A model generated the notes under the pieces. It worked only from the letters and a program-made list of their open reading frames with translations, was not told the origin of the DNA and did not search any database. The translations under genes and the position numbers were made by a program. A stretch of DNA of 25,398 bases, taken from a virus (taxonomy: Duplodnaviria > Caudoviricetes). Where the stretch lies: IMG/VR virus record IMGVR_UViG_3300033076_000042, positions 1 to 25,398 of that record; one strand, 5' to 3'. Positions within the stretch are counted from its first letter, which is position 1; each line of letters begins with the position of its first letter. Of this stretch, positions 1-8,279 are shown piece by piece.

Positions 1-206
1 TGGACGAACGAGAAAGGATTGATGGCCCAGGTGGAGTCGTCTTCCACTTCGGTCTGGTCAGCGCCGAAGACCCAGTGGCCAGTCTTGTCCATCTTGAGGA
101 TGGCAACACCAGCAGGGCCGACTTCAGCTTCCAGTTTGCGAAGAGCTGTCGAGAGGTTGGAGACAGCGGGAAGACCAGCTTGAGAGAAAGTTACGAGAGA
201 GGACAT
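1..206 (-). CDS. Conserved phage hypothetical protein, N-terminal part only (possible ssDNA-binding/recombination protein by position)
   Basis: Read manually, not in the ORF track: ATG at 206, MSSLVTFSQAGLPAVSNLSTALRKLEAEVGPAGVAILKMDKTGHWVFGADQTEVEDDSTWAINPFSFV..., open to the window edge. AAGGAAAC RBS follows the upstream nuclease stop. Function inferred from synteny only. Confidence 0.75.
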   Translation of the reverse strand, partial: MSSLVTFSQAGLPAVSNLSTALRKLEAEVGPAGVAILKMDKTGHWVFGADQTEVEDDSTWAINPFSFV

Positions 207-217
207 GATAGTTTCCT

Positions 218-1348
218 TTATTGCAGTTTAGAAAGAGCAGCAACCAGTTGCTGCCCGATTTGTACGACAGGTGACCGGGGATCGCTCTCCGGCGCCATCG
301 TGGTGCCCGACGACACTGCCACGACGAGATCGTCGGGCAGCGCCATCTTGCGCTTTTTCAGCACCTTCTCAGCTTGAGCAGGGCTTACTAATTCTTCTGG
401 CTTGTACAGCTCATCACGAGTCAGGCCCATGCTGTGCAGTTGTTCAAGCGCCTTGGACTCATCAACCCACTGACGGGTCGAGCGTTTGTTGACCAGCTTA
501 TAGCCGGGAACTGACTTGCCGCTTTCAAGCATCTTATACGCCAGCGCGCGCAGGTCAGAAATCCAGCCTTCGAGCAGTTCAGCATTTTCCAGATACTTGC
601 CCAAGGTCGGCAAGTCTAGCGCATCAAGTTGCGTTTTCAAAGCCCTGTCCACTGCACCGGTCATGCGCGGGCAGATCGGCTTGGCAGCGCACCAGCGGCA
701 GTGGTCGCCGTGTTGCAGTTTGGCGTCGGGCTTTTGGCTCTCATGCACGGCCATCACCAGCTCTTGCTCGAACTGTTTGATGCGCTCGATGGTTGTCACC
801 CAGCGGCGAGTGACGGGCGGCTGCACGATGATGAGTTCCACTTCCTTGGCGCCCTCGAAGGCCCAAGCTGCTGCTGGCGTGCGCATACACGCAGCGGCGT
901 AGAACATCAGTTGGGGATTTTCTTCAGCGTCCACCACAACGCCATCGCCAAACTTCCAATCAAGAACGATGGCACGATCACCAAGACGACCAACAAGATC
1001 AGTAGAACCGAATACGCCAGGTAGCAGCTCGCCAAACCCAACGCGCGTCTCCACTTCGTACGCCAGCTCGCGCTTGGGGTCGATCTCGTCGAGCGTTGCC
1101 AGTGCGGTTTCGATCTTTTCAACATAAAGGTCTTCGGTCAAAACTTGGTCGTTGTACTTGGTGCCGATGAACGTGTGCCCCGGCAGGTTCTTGTCCAGAA
1201 TTTCGCTGATGACGTTGTGCAGCAGCGTGCCACGGTCAGCAAACTCGCTGCTGGGCTTGGGCGGCATCTTAGCGACCAACGCCACAGAGCCTGGGCAGTT
1301 GATCACGCGCTTGGCGGTCGAGCCGCCGACGATTGAAGAGTGCAACAT
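218..1348 (-). CDS. DUF2800-family Cas4-like PD-(D/E)XK nuclease
   Basis: N-terminal HS...GGSTAKRVINCPGS, ADRGTLLH, catalytic FGSTDL...VLDWKFG, QLMFYA, and C-terminal HCRWCAAKPICP Cys cluster. Confidence 0.88.
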   Translation of the reverse strand: MLHSSIVGGSTAKRVINCPGSVALVAKMPPKPSSEFADRGTLLHNVISEILDKNLPGHTFIGTKYNDQVLTEDLYVEKIETALATLDEIDPKRELAYEVETRVGFGELLPGVFGSTDLVGRLGDRAIVLDWKFGDGVVVDAEENPQLMFYAAACMRTPAAAWAFEGAKEVELIIVQPPVTRRWVTTIERIKQFEQELVMAVHESQKPDAKLQHGDHCRWCAAKPICPRMTGAVDRALKTQLDALDLPTLGKYLENAELLEGWISDLRALAYKMLESGKSVPGYKLVNKRSTRQWVDESKALEQLHSMGLTRDELYKPEELVSPAQAEKVLKKRKMALPDDLVVAVSSGTTMAPESDPRSPVVQIGQQLVAALSKLQ

Positions 1349-1563
1349 CAGGCTTCCCTCGCTTTCAGCATTGCGTCTGCTTGTGAATAAGCGGCTCTAG
1401 CAGTTTCGTCCGGATGCATATCAACACGCCAGTCTGGATCGCTGATAAACCCTTGCATCGCCTTGGCAGCAAAGTAGTCGCGCAGCAGCATGTCTTTGGC
1501 GTAGCCGCCTGTTCGGGTGTTCCAGTCAACTGGCTTGTTAGGCCAAGGTAGCGGGTCTTTCAT
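1348..1563 (-). CDS. Small phage protein of the LRDYFAAKAMQ...AYxxADAMLKAR type (71 aa)
   Basis: Widespread phage motif. ATG at 1563 with AAAGGA RBS. The stop overlaps the next start (TGATG). The 170-aa version in the ORF track is over-extended. Confidence 0.8.
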   Translation of the reverse strand: MKDPLPWPNKPVDWNTRTGGYAKDMLLRDYFAAKAMQGFISDPDWRVDMHPDETARAAYSQADAMLKAREA

Positions 1564-1591
1564 TTCAGAGTCCTTTCGTTGTTGAGCCTCC

Positions 1592-1620
1592 AGTATATAC
1601 CGTAAAAAACTTTTGCACAA
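1592..1620 (-). promoter_or_regulatory. Putative leftward sigma70-type promoter
   Basis: Minus strand TTGTGC-17 bp-TATACT in the AT-rich divergent intergenic gap. Confidence 0.55.
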
Positions 1621-1641
1621 CAACTTTTTTTCGTGTAAGAT
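1613..1641 (+). promoter_or_regulatory. Putative rightward sigma70-type promoter
   Basis: TTGCAC (1613-1618)-17 bp-TAAGAT (1636-1641). The -35 overlaps the -35 of the leftward promoter. Confidence 0.6.
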
Positions 1642-1648
1642 GCAAAAC

Positions 1649-1945
1649 ATGCTTGAAAAACAAATCGAGACGTACTTCGTCAAGAAGGTCAAGGAGTTGG
1701 GCGGCGTGGCGTACAAGTTCACCAGCCCAGCGCACCGAGGTGTCGCAGATCGTGTCGTCTGTCTGCCCGATGGTTCGACATGGTTCGTGGAACTCAAGAC
1801 CGAGAAAGGGCGACTGTCTGCGCTGCAAGAGGTCTTTGCCGAGGACATGGCTCGGCTCAATCAAAACTACTGTGTACTTTGGTCAAAGGAGAACGTAAAT
1901 GACTGGATCAATCAACGAATTGCCGATCACGATGGAAGAGGATGA
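1649..1945 (+). CDS. VRR-NUC domain nuclease
   Basis: MLEKQIE...GGVAYKFTSP...GVADR...FVELKTEKGRLSALQ is the typical stand-alone phage VRR-NUC pattern. Confidence 0.88.
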   Translation: MLEKQIETYFVKKVKELGGVAYKFTSPAHRGVADRVVCLPDGSTWFVELKTEKGRLSALQEVFAEDMARLNQNYCVLWSKENVNDWINQRIADHDGRG

Positions 1946-2162
1946 AGCCTTTAACGCCCTCGACAAACAAGTCGCTGGCAATCACTACAAAGACCTGCCG
2001 ATCCAACCCGTCGAGTATATCCACGCCAACGCGATGGGCTACCTGGAGGGCAACGTCGTCAAGTACGTCAGCCGCTGGCGCAAGAAGAACGGCATCGCTG
2101 ATCTGGAGAAGGCCAAGCACTACATCGAGCTGCTGATCGAGTTGGAGACACGCAAGAAATGA
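1899..2162 (+). CDS. DUF3310 / SaV-like protein (T7 gp1.7 nucleotide kinase-related)
   Basis: QVAGNHYK...QPVEYI...GNVVKYVSRW..KNGIADLEKAKHY motif. Start could be 1899 or 1932. Confidence 0.82.
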   Translation: MTGSINELPITMEEDEAFNALDKQVAGNHYKDLPIQPVEYIHANAMGYLEGNVVKYVSRWRKKNGIADLEKAKHYIELLIELETRKK

Positions 2163-3448
2163 AACTGCGCGGCTATCAAGAAGTTGCTGCTGACTTCCTC
2201 TACGAGCACGACCGGGCGATGGTCTTGGCGCCAGTGGGCGCGGGCAAGACCGCCATCACGCTCACGGCCATGTGGGAGATGTGGCGCGACCAGCACGTCA
2301 AGCGTTGGTTGGTGTTAGCCCCTAAGCGTGTCTGCACAGATGTGTGGCCAGTCGAAGCACCTAAGTGGGCGCCGATGCTGGGCGTCGCTGTCGCTGTGGG
2401 CACGCCTAAGCAGCGTCTTGAAGCCCTCAAGTCCAAGGCTCAGGTCGTGGTGACCAACTACGACAACCTCCAATGGCTGGCCGACCAGAAGTTTGAGTTT
2501 GACGGCGTGGTGTTCGACGAGCTGACCAAACTGAAGAACCCCTCTGGCGCGCGCTTTAAGGCGCTCAACAAGGTGCTGGACTGCCCAGTGCGCTGGGGCT
2601 TGACCGGCTCGTTCACCAGCAACGGTCTGGAGGATGTGTTCGGCCAGTGCAAGATCGTTGACCAGTCACTGCTGGGCCGCTCCAAGGGCGCCTTCATGCA
2701 GCAATACTTTATGCTCTCGACCTACGCTGGCTTTGATGACTGGACGCCGCGCCCAGGTGCGCTGGAGATGGTCATGAAGAAAATCAAACGCGCCACGTTT
2801 GTGCTGGAGCCGGGTGAGTACAAGGACAAGCTGCCGCCCTGCCACGCTGTCGAGCTGCGCGCCGAGCTGCAAGACCGCAAGCCCTACGAGGACATGAAGA
2901 AGGACTTTGTGGCTGAACTCACGGACGCTCGGGCGATTGCCGAGAACGCTGCTGTGGTGACGCAAAAGCTGCAACAAATGTCGAGCGGGTTTGTTTACAC
3001 CCCCGAGCCGGTTTGGTTTAGCTCGCACAAGTTCGACGCGCTGGATGACTTACTCAACGAGAACCAACATGCCAACACAATTCTTGTCTACAACTACAAA
3101 GAAGAACTCGCAGAACTCAAGCGACGCTACAAGCACCTCGTTACGCTGGACGATGATAACGCCATTGGACGATGGAACGCTGGGTCAGTTCGACTTCTTG
3201 CAGTGCATCCGAAATCCGCAGGTCACGGCCTTAACCTTCAGCACGGAGGCCACCACATGGTTTTTCTGTCCTTGCCGTGGAGTCTTGAACTTTACGAACA
3301 AACCGTCGGACGCCTGCATCGGTCTGGACAAACCCGAGACGTGTGGGTGTACATCCTCATGACCAAAGATAGCGTGGACGAAAAGATTTGGGGTGCGCTG
3401 CATGACAAGCGCGCGCTGGCCGATGTTGCACTTGAAAGTTTGAAATGA
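2159..3448 (+). CDS. SNF2/DEAD-like superfamily 2 helicase
   Basis: LRGYQ Q-motif, Walker A GAGKT, motif II FDE, motif III LTGS, SAGHGLNLQ and motif VI QTVGRLHRSGQ. Confidence 0.92.
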   Translation: MKLRGYQEVAADFLYEHDRAMVLAPVGAGKTAITLTAMWEMWRDQHVKRWLVLAPKRVCTDVWPVEAPKWAPMLGVAVAVGTPKQRLEALKSKAQVVVTNYDNLQWLADQKFEFDGVVFDELTKLKNPSGARFKALNKVLDCPVRWGLTGSFTSNGLEDVFGQCKIVDQSLLGRSKGAFMQQYFMLSTYAGFDDWTPRPGALEMVMKKIKRATFVLEPGEYKDKLPPCHAVELRAELQDRKPYEDMKKDFVAELTDARAIAENAAVVTQKLQQMSSGFVYTPEPVWFSSHKFDALDDLLNENQHANTILVYNYKEELAELKRRYKHLVTLDDDNAIGRWNAGSVRLLAVHPKSAGHGLNLQHGGHHMVFLSLPWSLELYEQTVGRLHRSGQTRDVWVYILMTKDSVDEKIWGALHDKRALADVALESLK

Positions 3449-3609
3449 AACGAGAAGATTTTTACCGGGCCAAGCTAAAAGCCGCCAGGTCTGAGCTGCG
3501 CCACAAGCAGCGCATGTACAACAGCGCCGAGCGCAGCATGGCGCGCACGATCAAACGTATCTTGGAAATTGAAAGGAAACTCGATGTTATCTTGGCGAAA
3601 ACTAAATGA
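3445..3609 (+). CDS. Small basic helical hypothetical protein (54 aa)
   Basis: Manual translation MKREDFYRAKLKAARSELRHKQRMYNSAERSMARTIKRILEIERKLDVILAKTK. ATGA overlap with the helicase stop. Confidence 0.65.
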   Translation: MKREDFYRAKLKAARSELRHKQRMYNSAERSMARTIKRILEIERKLDVILAKTK

Positions 3610-3769
3610 CCAGCTCAGTACGATGACTGAGCAGCAGGTGCTGGACATGCTCAACGCCGAGCGTGCTGGCACCAAACGAGTGACTGTGCTGGAGCGTCTG
3701 CACCAGCGCTACACAACCCTGCGCGCCGCCCGTGAGCGCGCGGAGATACTAAAGGAAGCACTGAAATGA
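3584..3769 (+). CDS. Hypothetical phage protein (61 aa)
   Basis: AAGGAAAC RBS before ATG 3584; MLSWRKLND...LERLHQRY; ATGA coupling to the next gene. Confidence 0.72.
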   Translation: MLSWRKLNDQLSTMTEQQVLDMLNAERAGTKRVTVLERLHQRYTTLRAARERAEILKEALK

Positions 3770-3927
3770 AAGAAGCAAAAGACCTTTTTCACCGCGCATA
3801 CGAACTGTGGCGCAGCGGCGATCCTAAGCTGGACCGCCATAACCGCAAGGCGTGGGTGCGCTCTGTCCTGCAACTGGGCGACAAGTGGCTGCTGGCGAAA
3901 CCTGTTGCGAGGCTCGACAAGAAATGA
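3766..3927 (+). CDS. Hypothetical phage protein (53 aa)
   Basis: Manual translation MKEAKDLFHRAYELWRSGDPKLDRHNRKAWVRSVLQLGDKWLLAKPVARLDKK. AAAGGAA RBS; ATGA overlaps at both ends. Confidence 0.7.
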   Translation: MKEAKDLFHRAYELWRSGDPKLDRHNRKAWVRSVLQLGDKWLLAKPVARLDKK

Positions 3928-4307
3928 CGAAGTTGGACGTGACGGTGCGCAGGAAGCCGGGGGCCAAGCGGGCAAAAAAGATGGGGGCGTTCACCTACGC
4001 CGTCCTGATCAAGCTGCTGGCTGAGGGCACAAGAACCTGCGCTGAGTTGGCCGAGGAAACCGGGCTGCACATTTTGACGATCTACGATTACACCTACCAC
4101 CTGCACAAGGCTGGTGTGACGCATATCTGCACTTGGGACGGCTCTGGCAGGCACCAGACGCGCATCTACATGCTTGGCGCAGGCAAAGATGTGCCTCGCC
4201 CATCGAAGAGCCGTAAGCAGATTGCGGATGATTATAGGGCACGCAAGACAGCTAAGGAATTGCTGCATCGTATGGCAGGAGAGACAAATGAAATGCACAT
4301 GCTCTGA
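3924..4307 (+). CDS. Putative winged helix-turn-helix DNA-binding protein
   Basis: LIKLLAEGTRTCAELAEETGLHILTIYDYTYHLHKAGV HTH-like pattern followed by a beta-hairpin and a basic tail. ATG 3924 is coupled to the upstream stop. Confidence 0.68.
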   Translation: MTKLDVTVRRKPGAKRAKKMGAFTYAVLIKLLAEGTRTCAELAEETGLHILTIYDYTYHLHKAGVTHICTWDGSGRHQTRIYMLGAGKDVPRPSKSRKQIADDYRARKTAKELLHRMAGETNEMHML

Positions 4308-4467
4308 ACACTCGCCGTTCCTCTGGTACAAGAACCCGAGGCCCAGCATCTTTATCAAAGACAAGCCGCAGCAGACCGAGGAAGCTGTCTTGTCCTATCG
4401 AGTCTTTGGCGTGTATTCTCTCGCCAGAGCGTCAACCAAACCACAGAAAAACAGACACGAAAAATGA
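4288..4467 (+). CDS. Hypothetical protein (59 aa)
   Basis: AGGAGA RBS before ATG 4288 (MKCTCSEHSPFLW...); ATGA overlap with the next gene. Confidence 0.6.
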   Translation: MKCTCSEHSPFLWYKNPRPSIFIKDKPQQTEEAVLSYRVFGVYSLARASTKPQKNRHEK

Positions 4468-4832
4468 GTATGACCTGCCCGCAGTGTGGGGCATGGACGA
4501 CAGTCAAGGAAACCCGCACAAGAAAAACAGACAACGTGGTGGTGCGCCGCTACGAATGTGCAAACGAACATCGGTTTACGACCGAAGAAAGGCTTAAAGA
4601 TGAACTGCTGCGACGAGTACGGGGAGTGCAATCAGGGCCGGAATTGCCCGGTAAGAGCCGCCAAGGTGGCAAAGATCGGACGCCGGTATCAGACGCAAGA
4701 GGAACTGCCGCCGACGCTGTGGCGGCTGTACGTCAGACACTTAGCGAAGTGGCTGCTGATCTTGTGCGTCGGGGTGCCCATCATGGCACTGCTGATGTCG
4801 ATCAGTTGGCTTTGATGGTTTTTCGAGCGTAG
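4464..4832 (+). CDS. Zinc-ribbon protein (NrdR N-terminal / Ogr-Delta-like) with C-terminal extension
   Basis: CPQCGAWTTVKETR...RRYECANEHRFTTEE, a CxxC...CxxxH ribbon. Confidence 0.72.
   Translation: MSMTCPQCGAWTTVKETRTRKTDNVVVRRYECANEHRFTTEERLKDELLRRVRGVQSGPELPGKSRQGGKDRTPVSDARGTAADAVAAVRQTLSEVAADLVRRGAHHGTADVDQLALMVFRA
4600..4815 (+). CDS. Small Cys-rich membrane-anchored hypothetical protein (71 aa)
   Basis: MNCCDEYGECNQGRNCPVR start with AAAGG upstream and a C-terminal hydrophobic helix (WLLILCVGVPIMALLMSISWL). Nested in another frame of 4464-4832. Confidence 0.6.
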   Translation: MNCCDEYGECNQGRNCPVRAAKVAKIGRRYQTQEELPPTLWRLYVRHLAKWLLILCVGVPIMALLMSISWL

Positions 4833-5182
4833 AACAGCGTCCGGTCACCAAACAGGTAGAAGCCCACAGCGGACGCAAAGTTGTCCGCTGCGTCGCTTGG
4901 GTTACCGCTCAGTTGGAGCACAGCCCATGTGCCCAGCACAATAGCCGCCACCAAAGGACGCTGGAGGCGCACAACAGCTTCGACCCAAGGGTAGGATGGG
5001 TTGGAGCCTCCCGCCTCGTTCATCGCCTTGAACATGTCCAAGTCGAACTGGCGCATCTTGATGTACTCGTCCACGTTGGTAGGCTTGTACCCGTCGGTCT
5101 GAATGTAGCGCCCGATCAGGGATTTTCCTAGATCGACAGCCAACGGACCAAGCGCCGCAAGGATGGTTATCGGGTCAATCAT
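4802..5182 (-). CDS. Putative holin / lysis membrane protein
   Basis: Directly after the endolysin; hydrophobic segments, RP motif before a TM helix, GFYLFGDRT end resembling 3TM holins, basic C-terminus. Confidence 0.6.
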   Translation of the reverse strand: MIDPITILAALGPLAVDLGKSLIGRYIQTDGYKPTNVDEYIKMRQFDLDMFKAMNEAGGSNPSYPWVEAVVRLQRPLVAAIVLGTWAVLQLSGNPSDAADNFASAVGFYLFGDRTLFYARKTIKAN

Positions 5183-5559
5183 GGGTAGCTCCTGCGGGAC
5201 AACTGAAAGTGGGGTCCGTCTTTAAACGTGATCCAGTCACCACCCCATTCGATGTCGATCTTGAGTTCCTTGGCCGCTTCCTTCATGGCGCGGGCAATCT
5301 TGTAGTACAGGGGCCACGACCAATCGACTTGATCGTCCACCCAGGCGCCCAGATCAACAGCGTGACCGGTGATGTGGCGGGAGTTGAGGCTCTGGGATGC
5401 GCCAGCGGCGACCAGTTCCTTTTGGCGCTCTGGGCTGCGCAAGCCTTCGAGCACAGTGAAGTCCACCGGGGTGATCTCGATGGCGCGTTCAACGACTTTA
5501 ACGAGGTCAGGATGGACCCCGTTCAAACGCATTTTTGATCGGGGGCCAAGCTGAAACAT
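5179..5559 (-). CDS. Endolysin, M15 family (L-Ala-D-Glu peptidase-like)
   Basis: LNGVHPDL, EGLRSPERQ, SRHITGHAVD (His/Asp zinc ligands), WGGDW, DGPHFQL. Likely start MFQLG at 5559. Confidence 0.9.
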   Translation of the reverse strand: MFQLGPRSKMRLNGVHPDLVKVVERAIEITPVDFTVLEGLRSPERQKELVAAGASQSLNSRHITGHAVDLGAWVDDQVDWSWPLYYKIARAMKEAAKELKIDIEWGGDWITFKDGPHFQLSRRSYP

Positions 5560-5560
5560 G

Positions 5561-5797
5561 TCAAGCCTTCCAGTGTGAAACAACCCAACTGATGACGCCG
5601 CCGACGCCTGACGCAATGGTCATGCCCATCCAAAAGCCGCCTCTGGACTTGTTGGCGAGGGCGAGCAGCTCCTCAATCTGAAGTTCCATGCGGTCCAGCT
5701 TCTTGTCCATAGCGTTAAAGCGGCGCTCGTAGTCCTCCACTTTTTGCCACAAAACACCATACCGCACCGGGTCGAAATTCGTATCGTCAAAGGCCAT
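5561..5797 (-). CDS. Small coiled-coil protein with a single C-terminal TM helix (holin/XhlA-like)
   Basis: Heptad-like stretch followed by GGFWMGMTIASGVGGVISWVV; directly upstream of the endolysin. Confidence 0.6.
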   Translation of the reverse strand: MAFDDTNFDPVRYGVLWQKVEDYERRFNAMDKKLDRMELQIEELLALANKSRGGFWMGMTIASGVGGVISWVVSHWKA

Positions 5798-5799
5798 TA

Positions 5800-8277
5800 C
5801 TACTTCCCCAACAACTGATTCAATACTTCTTGGTCGGGGTTCATGCGATTGCGCTGAAAAGCCCGAGTCTTCGGACCCTGACCGCCAGTGGACACTGGGC
5901 GTGGGGCGCGAAGGGTTTCTTCCATCTGAGCAGCAAGGTCCATCATGCGCTCACGATTGGCGATAGCAGCTTGACGGGCGCGTTCATCGGCAGCGCGGGC
6001 AGCAATTTGCTCAAATGCTGCGGCCTGCTGACGGGCTTTGGCAGCAGTCTGCTCCACCCAAGCGCGGTCCATCATTTTTTCGGCAATCGCTTTGTCCGAC
6101 AGTGCCTTGAAGCCGGGGGCGACTTCGGCCAGATCGACCTTGGTCTTTTCCCACGCAACCTTTTCGGCGGCGGTCATGTCGAAACGCTTGCCTTCGGTGA
6201 CCTTGTTCGATGCTGTCTCCAGCGCCGAGCCGAAGTTGCTGAATGTCTCAGGTGTGGCACCTTTGATGCCTTGGCTGGCTTCGCGGAAGCGGCCAGTGAT
6301 CGGGTCAAATTCCAGCATGACTTCACCGCTGGTCGGACGGCGAGCAGCAGCTTCAGCGGCAGCTTGCTGGGCTTCGGCTTGCTGGCCGACAGCGCGGGAC
6401 AGCCCGGCGCGGCGGGCGTCTTCAGCACGCAAGGCGTTAATCGTGCCTTCGGCGCTGGGTGCGCCCAGCAGGCGGTTGGTTTCGGGCATGACTGGCGTCA
6501 CGCGAGGGTCATACTGGTTTTGGCCAAACACAAAGTTTGGTCGGTACGGACCTTCGCCGGGGGCTAGAACTTCTACGGGCGCCTGGTATGGAACAATGGC
6601 TTGGCCTTGAGGGATAGGCGCCATCGGCGCAGCCAGTTGATTGACCGGAATGCGCATGTCGCGCAGAGTCAAACCAGCTTGATACGCAGGTGAAGCAATT
6701 TTGCTGGCCTGCCATGCACCCAGACCTTCACCAGCAGCGCCGCCCAGCAGACCGCCCACGATAGAGCCGGTCAAGCCAAACTGCGAACCGATCAAGGCAC
6801 CTGCACCACCAGCAGCGCCGGAGCGGCTAAGGCGAGGTGCGCTATACCAGGTCGATGCGGCCTTGGTGCTGAACACGTCAGGGAAGTTACCTGCAATTTG
6901 GCCCAACGAAGCGATGTCGCCGGTCAGCGTATTGTCTTTGGCAGTGATGCGGGCCAGCTTCTTGACGTCCACCATCCCGGTGTTGAGGTCAGTTGCGCCT
7001 TCATATGCGTAAGAGCGCGCCATTTTCTGACGTGCGTCGCGGAAGCGGTCCAGCAGTTTGGGGTCAAACACGTTGGATTCGATCATCGACTCCAGCACGT
7101 TGGCCACGGCCAAGTTGGTGTCGGCAACATCAAGCGCGGCCAAGTCGGCGTTCTTGTTGTTGTACACCTTGCGAGCGCGTTGGCGCAGTGTCTTGACGTT
7201 ATCGAGCAACTGCGCGCCAGTCAGACCAGCGTCAGTCTTAGCCATCGCATCGTCAATGATGCTGTTGACTGCCGAAGCGTATTTGTCAGAGCCGATCAAC
7301 GACTCGTCCGGGCGCAGGCGATCCAACGACGCGCGCACGGTATCGTCAGCAGTCATCGTGGGCAGCTTGGCAACTTGATCGTAAGGCTCGGCCACTTTGG
7401 AACGGGCCTGCTGGAAGGCGTCCGGCGTGTTGAGCTGCGTAGTAGGGGGTAGGTCAAGTTCGTTAAGCGCGATCTCGCGCACACGACCTTTGTTTGTCTC
7501 GGCCAGTTTTTCTGGGCCACGAGCGCCAGCAACCATAGAACGGACGCGAGGACCAGCGCCTGGCTCAATATCGGTCGGATTGAGCGCAATTTTGAGGCGC
7601 TGGGCTTCTGCGGCAGCGTCAATTTGCGGGCCACGGGCGTAGTCTTCCAACGACATGCGCTCGGCGCGAGCAGCCAGTTGTTTTTCAAACGGCATTTTGG
7701 CGCCAACAATGGCTTTTTCGACGGCAGGCACAACGGTCTGTTTTACTGTGCGGACAACCGGTTTAGCAGCGGCGGGTGCAGCAAGCGTCAGCGAACCCAT
7801 CATGTTTTCAACGTCGCCGGTGGGCACGCCAGTTTGTTGAGAAATCCATTCAGCGCCTTTTTGGAAGTTCTCGCCGATGAATTGCATCAAGCGTTGGGTG
7901 GCTTCGCCTTTGTACTCAGGCGTTTCAGTCACGCCAAAGGCTTTGCCAAATGGCTTGTCTATTGCGCTTACAACACCGCCGGTGATGCGCTGAGCTTCTT
8001 CAGGCGAACGCCCGATACGCGCAAACGGATAGACAACCTGCTGCGCGACAGCAGGTAGCACAGCGCCGACTGTAACGTCAGCCAGCGAAGCAGCACCGCG
8101 ACCCAGTGCTGGCAGAAACGTCGCTTGACGAGGGCCGGGAATTTCGGCTTGCACGGGAGGCGCCATTTCAGAACTGCGCATTTGGCGAATAGCGTCAGCA
8201 AACGCTTTGGCATCAGCAGTGTTGCCAGCAGCGTCTGCTTTAATCAACGCCGCGCTGAGTTCTTCAATAGTTGCCAT
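5800..8277 (-). CDS. Large internal virion / DNA ejection protein (P22 gp16 position)
   Basis: 825 aa, Ala-rich and helical, no Cys, Gly-zipper hydrophobic patch (GAAGGAGALIG...GGLLGGAAG); third gene of the ejection cluster. Confidence 0.65.
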   Translation of the reverse strand: MATIEELSAALIKADAAGNTADAKAFADAIRQMRSSEMAPPVQAEIPGPRQATFLPALGRGAASLADVTVGAVLPAVAQQVVYPFARIGRSPEEAQRITGGVVSAIDKPFGKAFGVTETPEYKGEATQRLMQFIGENFQKGAEWISQQTGVPTGDVENMMGSLTLAAPAAAKPVVRTVKQTVVPAVEKAIVGAKMPFEKQLAARAERMSLEDYARGPQIDAAAEAQRLKIALNPTDIEPGAGPRVRSMVAGARGPEKLAETNKGRVREIALNELDLPPTTQLNTPDAFQQARSKVAEPYDQVAKLPTMTADDTVRASLDRLRPDESLIGSDKYASAVNSIIDDAMAKTDAGLTGAQLLDNVKTLRQRARKVYNNKNADLAALDVADTNLAVANVLESMIESNVFDPKLLDRFRDARQKMARSYAYEGATDLNTGMVDVKKLARITAKDNTLTGDIASLGQIAGNFPDVFSTKAASTWYSAPRLSRSGAAGGAGALIGSQFGLTGSIVGGLLGGAAGEGLGAWQASKIASPAYQAGLTLRDMRIPVNQLAAPMAPIPQGQAIVPYQAPVEVLAPGEGPYRPNFVFGQNQYDPRVTPVMPETNRLLGAPSAEGTINALRAEDARRAGLSRAVGQQAEAQQAAAEAAARRPTSGEVMLEFDPITGRFREASQGIKGATPETFSNFGSALETASNKVTEGKRFDMTAAEKVAWEKTKVDLAEVAPGFKALSDKAIAEKMMDRAWVEQTAAKARQQAAAFEQIAARAADERARQAAIANRERMMDLAAQMEETLRAPRPVSTGGQGPKTRAFQRNRMNPDQEVLNQLLGK

Positions 8278-8279
8278 AG

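Noticed and set aside
1564-1864. Minus-strand ORFs 1348-1860 (long form) and 1565-1864
   Set aside because: They overlap the clear VRR-NUC gene and the promoter gap; the real gene starts at 1563 with its own RBS.
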